A stretch of 64,000 nt of DNA from Chiloscyllium plagiosum (taxonomy: Eukaryota), in contig NC_057749.1 in the NCBI RefSeq assembly GCF_004010195.1, positions 10,403,409-10,467,408 on the forward strand, given 5' to 3'. Under the pieces are notes generated by a model. That model did not search any database. It was not told the DNA's origin and worked only from the letters and a program-made list of their open reading frames with translations. Shown here one piece after another: positions 25,826 to 39,379 of the stretch. The stretch's first letter is position 1. Every line of letters begins with the position of its first letter. Position numbers and translations under genes: made by a program.

Positions 25826-26335
25826 CTGTAATATTAAAGTGAGAATCTCTACTCTCTAAGGCAAACACAAAGGATTGCACAGCACTGTTCAAAGCTGAGG
25901 AAAGTTCACTTATAGTGAATCACTTATTCGTCACTCAACAAACAAAGTTGTTTGGATTTTTGGCAAATTTTGCGATGTGTTAAGTGAATAGTATATCACA
26001 TTCCTTAGGTCGTAGAACACATTTTCTTTGCTATCTGCCAGGCCATATTGAATTACATGACATGATGAAGTGGTAATCTGGTTAGGGGCTTCACCTGATT
26101 CTTAGTTATGTAAATGATGACAGAACAAAGGAGCTCCCTAATGCACTCCTCCCCACTTGAATTTCCCGTATTCAGTGAAACCAATACATCCAGGTGCAAG
26201 TCCAGGAAAATCTTGCTACATTTTTCAGGAATGTTTGAAATATTTTTACTTGATGGCTCGTGACATAAATTGCCTCTATCCTTTTATTGTTTATCAGTTC
26301 AAAACAAGTCTCATTTAGATACATTTTAGCCACAG

Positions 26336-26686
26336 CGAGGTGGCACAGTGGCTCAGTGGTTAGCACTGCTACCCAACAATGCCAGGGACCTGGGTTCAAC
26401 TCCACCCTCGGGTGACTGTTGGTGTGGAGTTTGCACATTTGTCCTGTGTCTGTGTGGGTTTCCTCTAGGTGTTCTGGTTTCCTCCCACAGTCCAAAGATG
26501 TGCAGTTTTGATAGATTGGCCATGCTAAGTTGCCCCATAGTGTCCAGGGATGTGCAGGCAAGCTGGACTAGCCACAGGAAATACAGGGTTACAGAGAGGG
26601 TAGGGGGTGTGGGTTTGGGTAGGATACTCCTCAGAGGGTCGATATGTGCTGAATGGCCAGCTCCCACACTGTTGGGATACTAGGAT
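26336..26686 (+). mobile_element. HE1/V-SINE-type SINE
   Basis: A and B boxes, gtgtggagtttgcaca core, CR1-like tail. Confidence 0.85.
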
Positions 26687-27035
26687 TATCACCTTTCTGT
26701 TTGTGGGAGCTTACAGTTTGCACATTAGCTGCTGGGTTTCTGATATTACAATAGTGAATGTATTTCAAAACCACTTCACTATCTGTGCAGTACTTTGGGA
26801 GGATCTGAGGATAAGGAAGGCACTATTTAAATACAAGTTTTACATTATTTTTTGCAGCAAAGTTATACATTGTTTAGATTGGACCTGAACCTCTGAGCAC
26901 TGATGACAGGAACACTGTAGATTTATGGATAAGTCGGTCACATTCTTGTCTCTCATCTCTGCGTCAGACAATTGTGGGTTCACATCCACTCATACATACA
27001 GAGTCCTCCTCCAGAGATGTCAGCTCAAAGGTCCA

Positions 27036-27661
27036 GACTGTACTGAGGGAGCACTGCACTGTTAAAGGGTCAGTACTGGGGGAGCGTTGCACTGTCAGAG
27101 GGTCAGTACTGAGTGAGCGCTGCACTGTCAGAGGGTCGGTACTGAGGGAGCGCTGCACTGTCAGAGGGCAAGTACTGAGGGAGCAATTCACTGTCAGAGG
27201 GCCAGTAATGGGGGAGCACTGCACTGTCAGAGGGTCAGTACTGAGGGAGTGCTGCACTGTCAGAGGGTCAGTACTGAGGGAGAGCTGCACTGTCAGAGGG
27301 TCAGTGCTGAGGGGGTACCGCACTGTCAGAGGGTCAGTATTGAGGGAGTACCGCACTGTCAGAGGGCCAATACTGAGGGAGCAATGCACTGTCAGAGGGT
27401 CAGCACTGAGGGAGCGCTGCAGTGTCAAAGGGTTAGTACTGAGGGAGTTCCACACTGTCAGCGGGTCAGTACTGAGGGAGTGCTGCACTGTCAGAGGGTC
27501 AGTGCTGAGGGAGTGCTGCACTGTTGCAGGATCAGTACTGAGGAAGTGCTTCACTGATGGACAGTCAGTGCTGAGGGACCGCCGCACTGTCAGAGGATCA
27601 GTATTGAGGGAGTGCCGCACTGTCAGAGTGTCAGTACTGAGAGAATATCGCACTGTCAGAG
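27036..27661 (+). repeat. 33-bp minisatellite, about 19 copies
   Basis: Unit gtactgagggagcgctgcactgtcagagggtca; produces repetitive 11-aa ORFs on both strands. Confidence 0.97.
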
Positions 27662-28111
27662 TTATCCTTGATGTACATGGCCCTCAGCCAGTACAGGTAT
27701 ACTGATAATTTCCCTGAATTAATAATCCAGAAATGTTCACTAATGTTCTACGCACAAGGACTTCAATAAACCGAAATAAAAAATTAGTCTAATGGCGACC
27801 ATGTAGTCGATGTTGATTCTCATAACATCCTATCAGGTTCACCAATGTCCTTTGAAGATGTACAACTGTTGCAATTAGCTATCCTGACTGCATGTGACTC
27901 CAGCTTACTGAAACGTGGGTGACTCTCAAATGTCCTTTGTTATAGATCTAGCAAACTACTCAGTTCAAGAACACTTAGGGATGGGCAACAAATGCTAGCC
28001 TTGCCAGTGGTGCCCCACATTCCTTCAATGATTTTTTTAAAATCAGTAAAACAGATATAAAAACAGAAAAGGCTTTAAAATACTCAACAGGTCTTTCAGA
28101 ATTGAGAGATT

Positions 28112-28442
28112 AGGGCAGCATGCTGGCTCAGTGGTTTGCACTGCTGCCTCATAGCACCAGGGAACCGAGTTCGATTGGAGCCTTGGGTGACTGCTTGTGG
28201 AGTTTGCATGTTCTCCCTGTGTCTATGCAGGGTTGCTCTGATTTTCTCCCACAGTCCAAAGATGAGCAGGTTAGGTCGATTGGCTATGCAAAATTGCCCA
28301 TAGTGTTCAGGGATGCCTAGGTTAGGTGCATTAGTTGGGGTAAATGTAGGGTAGGGGAACGGGTCCGGGTGGGTTACTCTTCAGAGGGTCAGTGTGGACT
28401 TGTTGGGCTGAAGGGCCTGTTTCCACACTGTAGGGATTCTAT
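28112..28442 (+). mobile_element. HE1/V-SINE-type SINE
   Basis: Diverged copy of the 7626 SINE. Confidence 0.85.
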
Positions 28443-29919
28443 ATAAATAAGAAAGAGAGATGCACATAAAATCAACATTTGGTGGATGATAGTTCTGCAC
28501 ATGTAGAATAATTAAATTTTCCCACACTTTGACAAACTTTCTGCTCATTAGCGCATTATGGGATCTTACACATTGCCATCAGGATGAACCCCTCCTACAG
28601 TTGTCTTTTAGTGAATTCTCTATGGTGGTGACAAGCCTAAACTGCTTCCCAAACTTTCAAGGTTCATTCAGGCAACTGGGAAAGCTTTGCTGAGGGTTCA
28701 AAATAACATTACTCTCAGTTGCCAACAGTGTAACCTGTTCCTGACAGGCGGCTTGTCACATCTGTTACAGATCCAATGGCAGCCATGAAATGAACACTTC
28801 TCTCTTCATGAACCCATTTTACACTTGTGTGCCAAGCAGGAGACAAGATCTGGAGCACTTTAAGCTCACTGCTTAATTGTCAGGTTGTCAGCTGAAATGT
28901 AATCAATGTTAGGAAACTCCAGGGTGAAAGGGAATTTTTCTTATATAGGTCCTATATGGAAAGCACTGCCTCATTTCAACAGTGGGCCTCGTCAGCCGTC
29001 TGATCTCTCCCAAACTCTGTCTCCGTTTGGAGTTTAAGGCACGGAGGCACTGGCAATCTGAGTACCTCTTTAAGAAGGGAATGTTGGTGTCAGGCTGAGT
29101 GGGATCTCCTTCTGCAAGTATCCAGCTGCAGTCCCTGATTTGGGATGGGGTATTGTTTGGATGATCATGAAAGGTCCACCTGCCTTGATAACTAATATTG
29201 GGATCGACAGCCTCCCAGCGTTTCTCACTCAACATGTCAATCTCTTGCACACTGGGAAACAAACAGAGTCTGTCACCTGATTGAATTACTTGTCAAAGGA
29301 TTTCCTTCCCCACCATATGTTTTCTCAGATTCTCTTGAGTGAATAAATGGAAGCCTTCAAAGAAAGTGACAAAAAGAGTCACCATTTTATTTAATGCCAC
29401 TTTAATGCTTCTGCTGGATTTTTCCTGTGGGAGAATATTGGTCATTAGATACTGGCAATTATTCTTCCATGGCCAGAGACTCCAAGTTAATGCCATAAGG
29501 TTAGTATCTGTACCAGCCCAGACCATCAGTGAATCAGAGCAGGAACCAGGCAATCCAAGGAAGATAGCCTGAAGCCTGGAGGAAGGTGAAGACTGGATTT
29601 GGATGAATCTTTCTTCATTCACCTCAGACTCACTACTCCCAAGCTCACCCAATTTTCAGGAATTCGGCCAACTTTGTCTCTCAACTACTCTGGGGCCTGA
29701 TGCAAAGCCGATCTACAAATCCAATCCCATTCTCCAATGCCTAACTGGGCACGGAGGCTGTGCAAATATCTAACAGTAGGCCGGCTACACTCTCTGGTCT
29801 TGACCCCTCCTCCTAGTCCCCACTCCGCAAACCCAGGCAGCTACTGAGGGAGCAGCAAAATGTGAACATTGGAAGTACAGGCAGGCCATTCAGCTGCCCT
29901 CCCTCAACCCCAGGTTATC

Positions 29920-30615
29920 TTTGGCTACTTGCAATGACATTTAAAAGGCATCTGGATGGGCACACGAACAGGAAAGGATTAGGGGGATATGGGTCAAGTA
30001 CTGGCAAATGGGACTAGATCATTTTCAGATATCTGGTAGTCGTGAGCGAGTTGGATCGAAGGGTCCGTTTCTGTGCTGTTTGACTCGATGACTCTAAGCA
30101 GAAATATACTGAATCTGTGTCCAACCTCAACTATACCACCAACACAAAACAAAGAACTGAGAGCGCTGGAGCTCTGAAACAAACATAAACAAAAATTACT
30201 GGAGAAACCCAGCAGGTCTTGTAGCACCTATGGAGAGAAAGCAGAATAAATGGTTTGATTCCAGTGACCCATGGATATTCAAGATATTAACAGGAAATGA
30301 TAAGGTGGATACAGATAAACTATTTCCACAGGTTGGGGATTCCAAATCTAGGAGACATAGCCTCAGAATTAGGCTCAGATTGTTCAAAAGTGATATTAAG
30401 AAGCACTTCTACACACAGAGGGCAATAGATGTTTAGAACTCCCCTCCACAAATGGCAGTGGATCAGTTGTTAATTTTAAATTTGAAACAGTCACATTTTT
30501 AGGTATCAAAGGGTATGGGCCAAAGGTAAGTATGTGAGTTAGGCCACAGATCAGGCATGATCTTATTGAATGGCAGAATAGACTCGAAAGGCTGAATGGC
30601 CTATTCCTCGTCCTA
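29920..30615 (+). mobile_element. Two CR1 3' fragments with family-C PLE-derived pieces
   Basis: FKRHLDG tail at 29920-30095; FKILTGNDKVD...HFYTQRAI at 30275-30615. Confidence 0.8.
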
Positions 30616-32734
30616 TAGATACTGCCAGACCTGCTGAGTTTCTCCAGCAATTTCTGCTTTTGTCTCAACTACACCATCCTCCTCTTCCACCAGGATTTAC
30701 CCTCCTCAGTCCCTACAGTGAGTCAGGGAGTTAGCCAATATCAGGCCTAAGGCTATTTATATTTTGCAGTCAATGATGACTGTTCTAGATCAGTCTTCCT
30801 TCCTACCCTTCTGAAACCTGGCTATACCTTTGTTACAGACCTTGATTGTTCACTGGGATTTTACAACTTGAAAGATGTTGACACCAGTTCAGCCTATCAT
30901 CAGATAAGGGACACGCTATCATTGAGAACATAAGTCAACAATTAACATACACAGAAAACCTCCCTTACCTAACTTACGTGTTCCATGGAAAAATGTTTTT
31001 TCCCAAGTTATGTCAGGAATTTTCTTGTGTACTTCATTAAATATAATTGATCAAATTGGCTTTGCTCAGAAGGGAGCACAGAGTTGGTGTAACCTCTGCC
31101 TAAAGATACAATACTCTTGCTAACTTCTCTCTGATCCCAACAATATAATGTTCCAAATTGTATAGAATTTACAGCGCCAGACATAACTAGCAAATTCAAT
31201 GATTTGGAAATAATTGAAACAAAAACAAAAAGTGTGACAAACAAAATAATCTGCAGAAAAGGGACAACGAGCAGTTCCAGAATAATAACCACAATGAGGA
31301 GTTCCTTTATCCTCTTGTTCCAATTCGAAACAGGTCTAAAGAGAGGGGAAAGTGGTGCATCTCCATTGAATATTGCTCACTGTTGACTTAACTCTTTTTA
31401 CGCCAAAATTGGAGCAATTAGTTAGGGGCTTGCATACAAAATTGGCATAAACACTTCAGTTTCATTTCTGGTTATTGTTGGATTGGCAAAACAGAATAAC
31501 AAAAGTTGAGGGAGGGTCACTCTGATTTCTCTCCATCAGATGCTACCAGACCTGCTCAGCTTTTCGAGCAATTTCTGTTTTGGTTTAATACAAGATGATC
31601 TATTCTTAGGGCTGAGTCCACAGTCAATGATAGTGACACATAGACACATGATGGCTATGTTTGACTTCTCAAGAAATTGAACAGCACATGGAATAATTGA
31701 ACTTTGAAAGGGAGTGGAGAATCAATGATTATTTTATTGTAAATCCAATGTAGTAGAGATTACAGGATGTAGGCAGATTCTTCTATCAATGTTTTGTTTG
31801 TCACTTACATCAATTAATGTTCAGGTATGGGTTATAACTTTCTATATACTTGGATCTCTTCCAATACAAGTAAACCATCATTTCTTCCACAGCGCCGCTC
31901 AAACCTACAACCTATACCTCCACCAGGGGCAACTACAGGGGGTAGATGGGGATATGCCATGCCCAACTTTGACTCCAAGTCACTCAGCGTCATAATATGA
32001 AGCATATTTGGGCTTACCTATGCCCGAAACGTCGATTCTCCTGTTCCTTGGATGCTGCCTGACCTGCTGCGCTTTTCCAGCAACACATTTTCAGCTCTGA
32101 TCTCCAGCATCTGCAGCCCTCACTTTCTCCTCCTTAATTTTATCATGACTGGCTCAAATTTTGGGAACTTCTCTCTGTGCAGTGTGTTCATGGTTACAAG
32201 AGCAAGTCACAGGCTGGGAATTCTGCAACACAGGCAAAGCAACTGCCTCCTTTTTTCAATCCTCACACAACTTGGAATGTGGGCCATCCCTAGTTACCTT
32301 TGAACTGATTGGCTTGCTACACCGTTTCAAAGGGTAGCCAAGAGACAATCATGTGGCTGTAAGTCTGGAGTCACATGTAGGCCAGACTAGGTAAGAATGA
32401 CAGATTTCCTTCTCCTCAGGACAGTTATGAGCCAGATGGATTTTTACAACAATCAACAATATTTCATTATTGAGACCACCTTTTAATTCACAATTTATTC
32501 ATCGAATTCAAATTCCATTAACTGTTGTTGAGGTTTTTGATCCTGTGTCCCCATGGCTCTGGGATTCAGAATTACTAGTCCAGTCAAATTACTGCTCCCA
32601 AAGCTTGTTCACCATCTAGAAATCAGGAGTGTGATGGAATATTTCTGTCTTGCCTTTGACCTCCAACAACACTCAAGAAGCTCAACTACAGAAAGGGCAA
32701 AGTAGCCAACTGATCGGCTCACCTTCCACCCACC

Positions 32735-34000
32735 TTAATAAGCAGATATTGATATGTTGAACTTTTAAGTACAACACATGTTTTATATTTACATATATAT
32801 ATATAAGATCTACAAGCCAAAAGATAGTTGAGGATGTAAATTCAATGGCTGTCAGAAATATATGAGTAGTTACCAAGAATTCTAAGAGGAATCATGGAAC
32901 ATTGAGAATATTAAGGGAATTTCAGATAGCAACACTCCAATGGGAGAGATGCCATTCAAAAACCTGAATTGTGACCTCCTGTGCGATATGTCGCAGACTG
33001 CAGACATGAAAAGAGTTGAAAGAAAGGTGATTCCGGTGAATAACATGTTTGGATTTACCCTTGCAAGAATAAACAAGAAAGATAGATAAAATCCAATTGC
33101 AACCACGATTCTCTGTGCTAGAGAGCTGCCACGCTAGTGTGACAGCTTGTGGTTCAAGTTCCACTGTGCTAAAGTGTGCTGTGAAAAGACATGATTGTAA
33201 ACTTCCACAAGATACCTCTGAGAGTTCTCATTGTTGGAAACAAGTCAGCAGACCCACTGTTGAGGGAAAATGGATATTCTCCTTTCAGCTAATAGATGAT
33301 CCAAGAATTTCCAGGTAACTACTTAACTGCCTAAGTTAGCACGACCAGAATCAACCAACTCAATAGTCACATTCACAAACAAAACCTGCTGAAACTGCTG
33401 GAACAGCTCTGCAGTCTGATAGCATCTGTGGAGAGAAATCAGAGTTGATGTTTCAGGTCCAGTGGCCCTTCTTCACAACATCACTCGATCCGAAACATTA
33501 ACTCTGATTTCTCTCCACAGATGCTGCCAGACCTGCTGAGCTTTCCCAGCAACTTCTGTGTTTTGTTTCTAATTTACAACATCCGCAGTTCGTTCAAGGA
33601 TTTTTTTCCAAAGTCACATTGTTTCATTACTTAATCATTATGGGCTAACCAAAGGTTGATTCGTATATCTTTTATTTACCTTTCTTTGGACTTTCCTCTG
33701 AATTTTAATCTGCTTGCTTGTGATCATATCGTATTATCATTTTCTCATACACAATAATTAATAAACCCACTCATCTTTAAAATAACAAAGCCTGGTTGAA
33801 TTGGTTCCTTTGAAAACATAAATATATTTTGACTGGGAAAAAGGATCTTTTTTAAAATTAACCTTGTTGGAATCAACTGAGGGAGTGGTTGAAGAAGGGG
33901 AGCCAGTTTATCCCTCCATGCGTGGCAGTGTTACCAATTGGGGTTTGCCAAGTGGAATCATAGAAAATTGGGGACCATTGCCGAAGGACCAGTTATAACA
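32735..34000 (+). mobile_element. Probable solo LTR-like insert
   Basis: Splits an older LINE fragment (ccttccaccc...|...ccctccaccactgatgcacagtggcag); aataaa at about 33760; ends ...ttataaca; no paired LTR visible. Confidence 0.35.
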
Positions 34001-34220
34001 CCCTCCACCACTGATGCACAGTGGCAGTTGTGTGTACTGTGCACAAGATGAACTGCAGTAACTCACTCCATCATTAGGCCCTTCCAAACATGCAACATAC
34101 CAAACAAATCTAATGGATAATCCACTGTTATGACTACAGATATCTTAAAATTGGATAGAATGGGGCTGTTTTCCTTGGAGCAGAGAGAAACAGAGAGGAG
34201 ACATGTCTGAGATGTATAAA

Positions 34221-37200
34221 GCTGAAAAATGTGTTGCTGGAAAAGCGCAGCAGGTCAGGCAGTATCCAAGGAGCAGGAGAATTGATGTTTCGGGCATAAG
34301 CCCTTCTTCAGGAATGAGGAAGGTTTGCCAAGCAGGCTAAGATAAAAGGTAGGGAGGAGGGACTTGGGGGAGGGGCGTTGGGAATGCAATAGGTGGAAGG
34401 AGGTTAAGGTGAGGGTGATAGGCCGGAGAGGGGGTGGGGGCGGAGAGGTCAGGAAGAAGATTGCAGGTCAAGAAGGCGGTNNNNNNNNNNNNNNNNNNNN
34501 NNNNNNNNNNNNNNNNNNNNNNNNNNNNNNNNNNNNNNNNNNNNNNNNNNNNNNNNNNNNNNNNNNNNNNNNNNNNNNNNNNNNNNNNNNNNNNNNNNNN
34601 NNNNNNNNNNNNNNNNNNNNNNNNNNNNNNNNNNNNNNNNNNNNNNNNNNNNNNCCCTTGGGGCCTTGGAGGGAAGTGAGGGGGGGAGGTGTGGGCGCAA
34701 GTTTTGCATTTCTTGCGGTTGCAGGGGAAGGCGCCAGGAATGGAGGTTGAGTTGGTGGGGGGGTGTGGACCTGACGAGGGAGTCGCGGAGATGAGTTTTC
34801 TGGAATGCTGATAGGGGAGAGGAGGGAAATATATCCTTGGCGGTGGGGTCTGTTTGGAGGTGGCGGAAATTACGAAGGATGATACGGTGTATCTGGTGGT
34901 TGGTGGGATGGTAGGTGAGGACCAGTGGGGTTCTGTCCTGGTGGCGATTGGAAGGGCGGGGCTCAAGGGTGGAGGAGCGGGAAGTGGAGGAGATGTGGTG
35001 GAGAGCAACGTCAACCACATCTGAGGGGAAATTACGATCTTTGAAGAAGGAGGCCATCTGGGTTGTTTGGTATTGGAATTGGTTCCCCTGGGAGCAGATG
35101 CGGTGGTGGCGAAGGAATTGGGAATATGGGAAGGCGTTTTTACAGGGGGCAGGGTGGGAGAAGGTGTGATCTAGGTATCTGTGGGAGTCGGTCGGTTTAT
35201 AGTAAATGTCCGTGTTGAGTGGTCGCCCGAGATAGAAATGGAGAGGTCTAGGAGGGGGAGGGAGGAGTCTGAGATGGTCCAGGTAAATTTGAGGTCGGGG
35301 TGGAAGGTGTTAGTAAAGTGGATGAACTGTTGAACCTCCTCGTGGGAGCATGAGGTAGCGCCAATACAGTCATCGATGCAGCGGAGGAAAAGATGGAGGT
35401 GCCAGTGTAGCTGCGGAAGATGGACTGTTCCACATATCCAACAAAGAGGCAGGCATAGCTGGGGCCCATGCGGGTGCCCATGGCTACTCCTTTGGTTTGG
35501 AGGAAGTGGGAGGATTGGAAAGAGAAGTTGGTTAGAGTGAGGACCAGTTCAGTCAGTCGAAGGGTTGGGTCAGTGGGAAAGGAAGAAGCGGAGGGCTTTG
35601 AGGGGGTTGTCCATGGTGAAGATAAGGCATGGTGGGCCGGGGAAGCGAAAATCATGGTGGAAGTGGAGGGTGTGGGTGGTGTCCTGAACGTAGGTGGGGG
35701 ACCGGACTGTGTCGAGGTATGCAGAGATGAGTTCGGTGGGGCAGGAGCTGGTTGAGACAATGGGTCGGCCGGGGCAGTCAGGTTTGTGGATTTTGGGCAG
35801 GAGGTAGAAACGGGCGGTGCGGGGTTGTGGGATATGAGCTCCTGTCCCCCTCAAAGCACTCCGCTTCTTCCTTTCCCGCCAACCCAACCAGTACACTTCC
35901 ACTGACACCCTCCTTCGACTGACTGAACTGGTCCTCACTCTGAACAACTTCTCTTTCCAATCCTCCCACTAGTGTAGCTGCGGAAGATGGACTGTTCCAC
36001 ATATCTGCCGAAGAGGAACAGTCCATCTTCCGCAGCTACACTGGCACCATCCCCCACCTTTTCCTCCGCTGCATCGATGACTGTATCGGCACTACCTCGT
36101 GCTCCTACGAGGAGGTTGAACAGTTCATCCACTTTACTAACACCTTCCATCCCAACCTCACATTTACCTGGACTGTCTCAGACTCCTCCCTCCCCTTCCT
36201 AGACCTCTCCATTTCTATCTCGGGCGACTGACTCAACACAGACATTTACTATAAACCGACCGACTCCCACAGCTACCTAGATTACACCTTCTCCCACCCT
36301 GCCCCCTATAAAAATGCCATCCCATATTCCCAATTCCTTCGGCTTCGCCGCATCTGCTCCCAGGAGGACCAATTCCAATACCGAACAACCCAGATGGCCT
36401 CCTTCTTTAAAGACCGCAATTTCCCCTCAGACGTGGTTGACGATGCTCTCCACCGCATCTCCTCCACTTCCCGCTTCTCCGCCCTTGAACCCAGCCCCTC
36501 CAATCGCCACCAGGACAAAACCTCACTGGTCCGCACCTACCACCCCACCAACCTCCAGATGCATTGTATCATCCTCCGTAATTTCCGCCACCTCCAAACA
36601 GACCCCACCACCAAGGATATATTTCCCTCCCCTCCCCTATCAGCGTTCCAGAAAGACCACTACCTCCCCGACTCCCTCGTCAGGTCCACACCCCCCACCA
36701 ACTCAACCTCCACTCCCGGCACCTTCCCCTGCAACCGCAAGAAATGCAAAACTTGTGCCCACACCTTCCCCCCTCACTTCCCTCCAAGGCACCAAGGGAT
36801 CCTTCCACATCCATCACAAAATCACCTGCACCTCCACACACATCATTTACTGTATCCGCTGCACCCGATGTGGCCTCCTCTACATTGGGGGGACAGGCTG
36901 CCTACTTGCGGAACGTTTCAGAGATCACCTCTGGGGCACCCGCACCAACCAACCCAACCGTCCCATGGCTGAACACTTTAACTCTGCCTCCCACTCCGTC
37001 AAGGACATGCAGGTCCTTGGCCTCCTCCATCACCAGACAATGGCAACACGAAGCCTGGAGGAAGAGCGCCTCATCTTCCGCCTAGGAACCCTCCAACCAC
37101 AAGGGATGAATGCAGATTTCTCCAGCTTCCTCATTTCCCCTCCCCCCACCTTATCTCAGTCCCAACCCTCGGACTCAGCACCACCTTCTTGACCTGCAAT

Positions 37201-37473
37201 CTTCTTCCCGACCTCTCCGCCCCCACCCCCTCTCCGGCCTATCACCCTCACCTTAACCTCCTTCTACCTATCGCATTCCCAACGCCCCTCCCCCAAGTCC
37301 CTCCTCCCTACCTTTTATCTCAGCCTGCATGGCACACCCTCCTCATTCCTGAAGAAGGGCTTATGCGCGAAACGTCGATTCTCCTGCTCCTTGGATGCGG
37401 CCTGACCTGCTGCGCTTTTTCAGCAACACATTTTTCAGCTCTGATATCCAGCATCTGCCGTCCTCACTTTCTC
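34221..37473. mobile_element. Penelope-like retroelement (Neptune-like), two partial copies in inverted orientation
   Basis: Left arm (-, to about 35838): RFYLLPKIHK and QTKGVAMGTRMGPSYACLF. Right arm (+): CNRKKCKTC linker and GIY-YIG domain (IIYCIRCTRCGLLYIG...LGTLQPQGMN). 14-bp TSD ctgagatgtataaa at 34207-34220 and 37474-37487 inside a CR1. Confidence 0.95.
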
Positions 37474-37849
37474 CTGAGATGTATAAAGGTATGAGGGGCA
37501 CAGACAGGGTGGATGGGATAAAACCTTCCCCTTTGGTGAAGGGATCAATGACCATGGACAGAGATTTAAGGTCAGGGCAGGAGGTTTAGAGGAGAGGTGA
37601 GGAAGTAATTCTATCGCTCAGAGAGTCTTGGGTATCTGGATCAGTGGGATAAAGCAAACCTCTGATGCAACTTAATTTGCCCCCGCCTTCCTTCTACTCT
37701 GAAAGACAAAGAATCAGATGAAGGAAAATCCCAAATGCACTTTGCACCCACTGAAGCTACAACATAAGCAAAATAATAAATCTAACCCACTCCAGGGGCT
37801 TGAGGTCATAATCCATATGCTCTCCACCATAACTGGTTCAGTACTGGAA

Positions 37850-38560
37850 GATTGAGTATAGGAGTTGGGAAGTCATGTTCAAGATTCCTCCAAAGTGGAG
37901 TCACAGGTCGGTAAGATGATGAAGAAGGTTTTTGGTATGTTTATTGGTCAGAGCATTGAGTACAACATGTTGTACTGTGCAGTACATTGATTAGGCCACG
38001 ATTTGAATACTGTGTTCAATTCTGGTCTCCCTGCTGTAGGAAGGATGTTGCTTAACTTGAAAAGGTACAGAAAAGATTTACAAAAATGTTGCCAGGATTT
38101 GAGCTATTGGGAGAAGCTGAGTAGGTTGGGCTATTTTCCCTCGAGAGTCAGAGGCTGAGGGGTGACCTTACAGAGGCTTATAAAATAATCAGTGGCATGG
38201 ATAGGGTGAACAGCCAAGGTCTTTTTCCCTGAGGTGAGGGAGTTCTGAACTAGAGGGCATGGGTTTAAGGTGAGAGGGGAAAGATGTAAAAGGGATCTAA
38301 AGGGCAACTTTTTCATGCAGAGGGTGGTGCTTGTATGGAATGAGCTGCCAGAGGAAGTGGTGGAGGCGCCAGAGGAAGTGGTGGAGGCTGGTACAATTGC
38401 AACATTTAAAAGGCATCTGGATGGGTATATGAATATGAAAGGTTTAGAGGGATATGGGCCAAATGCTGGCAAATGGGATGATATTAATTTAGGATACCTG
38501 GTCAGCATTGATGAGTTAGACAGAAGGGTTTGTTTCTGTGCTGTACAACTCTCTTGAGTG
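37850..38560 (+). mobile_element. CR1 3' fragment
   Basis: FFMQRVVLVWNELPEEVVEA with an internal PEEVVEA duplication; CR1 3'UTR. Confidence 0.9.
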
Positions 38561-38852
38561 TTACACAGTTTGAGATTGTAATGTTCAGAAGAGATGGCAA
38601 ACCACGGGCCTTCAAAACCCCTTTTGGTAAGGAACCCTACAGCATGTTTTATTGTACAATTCTGTAGAACACCACTCAACCATCTCTTCCTGCTCCTCAT
38701 CCACCATATATTGTAAAGTGAAATGAAAACCAAGTTAAACACTACTGAACAAATGAATGAAAATGTGCAAATCTTTAATGATTGTTTTTCAGTAGATGGA
38801 CATACAAAGAACATGAGTAGGCCCCTCGCCCCTCCCTCAAACCTTCTATTCC

Positions 38853-39379
38853 ATTCAATGAGATTGTGACTGATCTAATCACTCCATATTCCGGTCTTGC
38901 CCCGATAACATTTCCAAATATATCACAAGATCAGTGGATCTTGAAAAACTTAGTACATCTTCTAAAAATTGCACAGATACTTGAGGCATGCTCAAGGAGC
39001 CTATATATTTCCAGGATAGAAAAGCATAGCATTAACCACAAGGTCCTGTCTCTCAGAGTATACTACACTATGCTGCAAAGCACAGAGGGATATCTTGAGA
39101 CTGGTGACATGTAAAAGAAAGATCTGTGTACTACCTTGTCACGTCGGGAGGAGTGTACAGTGCACATTCCACAGGAAACATCAGGGAACTGTGCAGAAAC
39201 TCATTTAACCTCGATTATGAACAATTTCACCCTACACACTTGTTTCAAACACTGGCTGTAAATCAATCTCCAGCATTTGTTTTGTTGACATGCCTCAGGG
39301 AACCTGAGAGGACTACGAGATAAAGGAACTTTCTTTAGAATGGAAACTCCGGGATTAGAGGACTCTGAGTCCCCTATTG
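38853..39379 (+). repeat. Source copy of a local duplication (second copy at 40943-41288)
   Basis: attcaatgagattgtgactg...gagtcccctattga, near identical; the second copy lacks 39008-39190. Confidence 0.95.

Noticed and set aside
26964..27705. 229-aa and 243-aa repetitive ORFs; CRISPR-like appearance
   Set aside because: A pure 33-bp tandem repeat with no spacers; the open frames result from the unit length
32882..33318. Short ORFs as a gene
   Set aside because: They lie inside a probable LTR-like insert and show no protein motif
36314..37192. 292-aa ORF as a host gene
   Set aside because: Frameshifted PLE sequence: off-frame N-terminus fused to the GIY-YIG domain
39008..39190. Segment missing from the duplicated copy interpreted as a spliced intron (retrocopy)
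   Set aside because: The boundaries are not GT-AG on either strand
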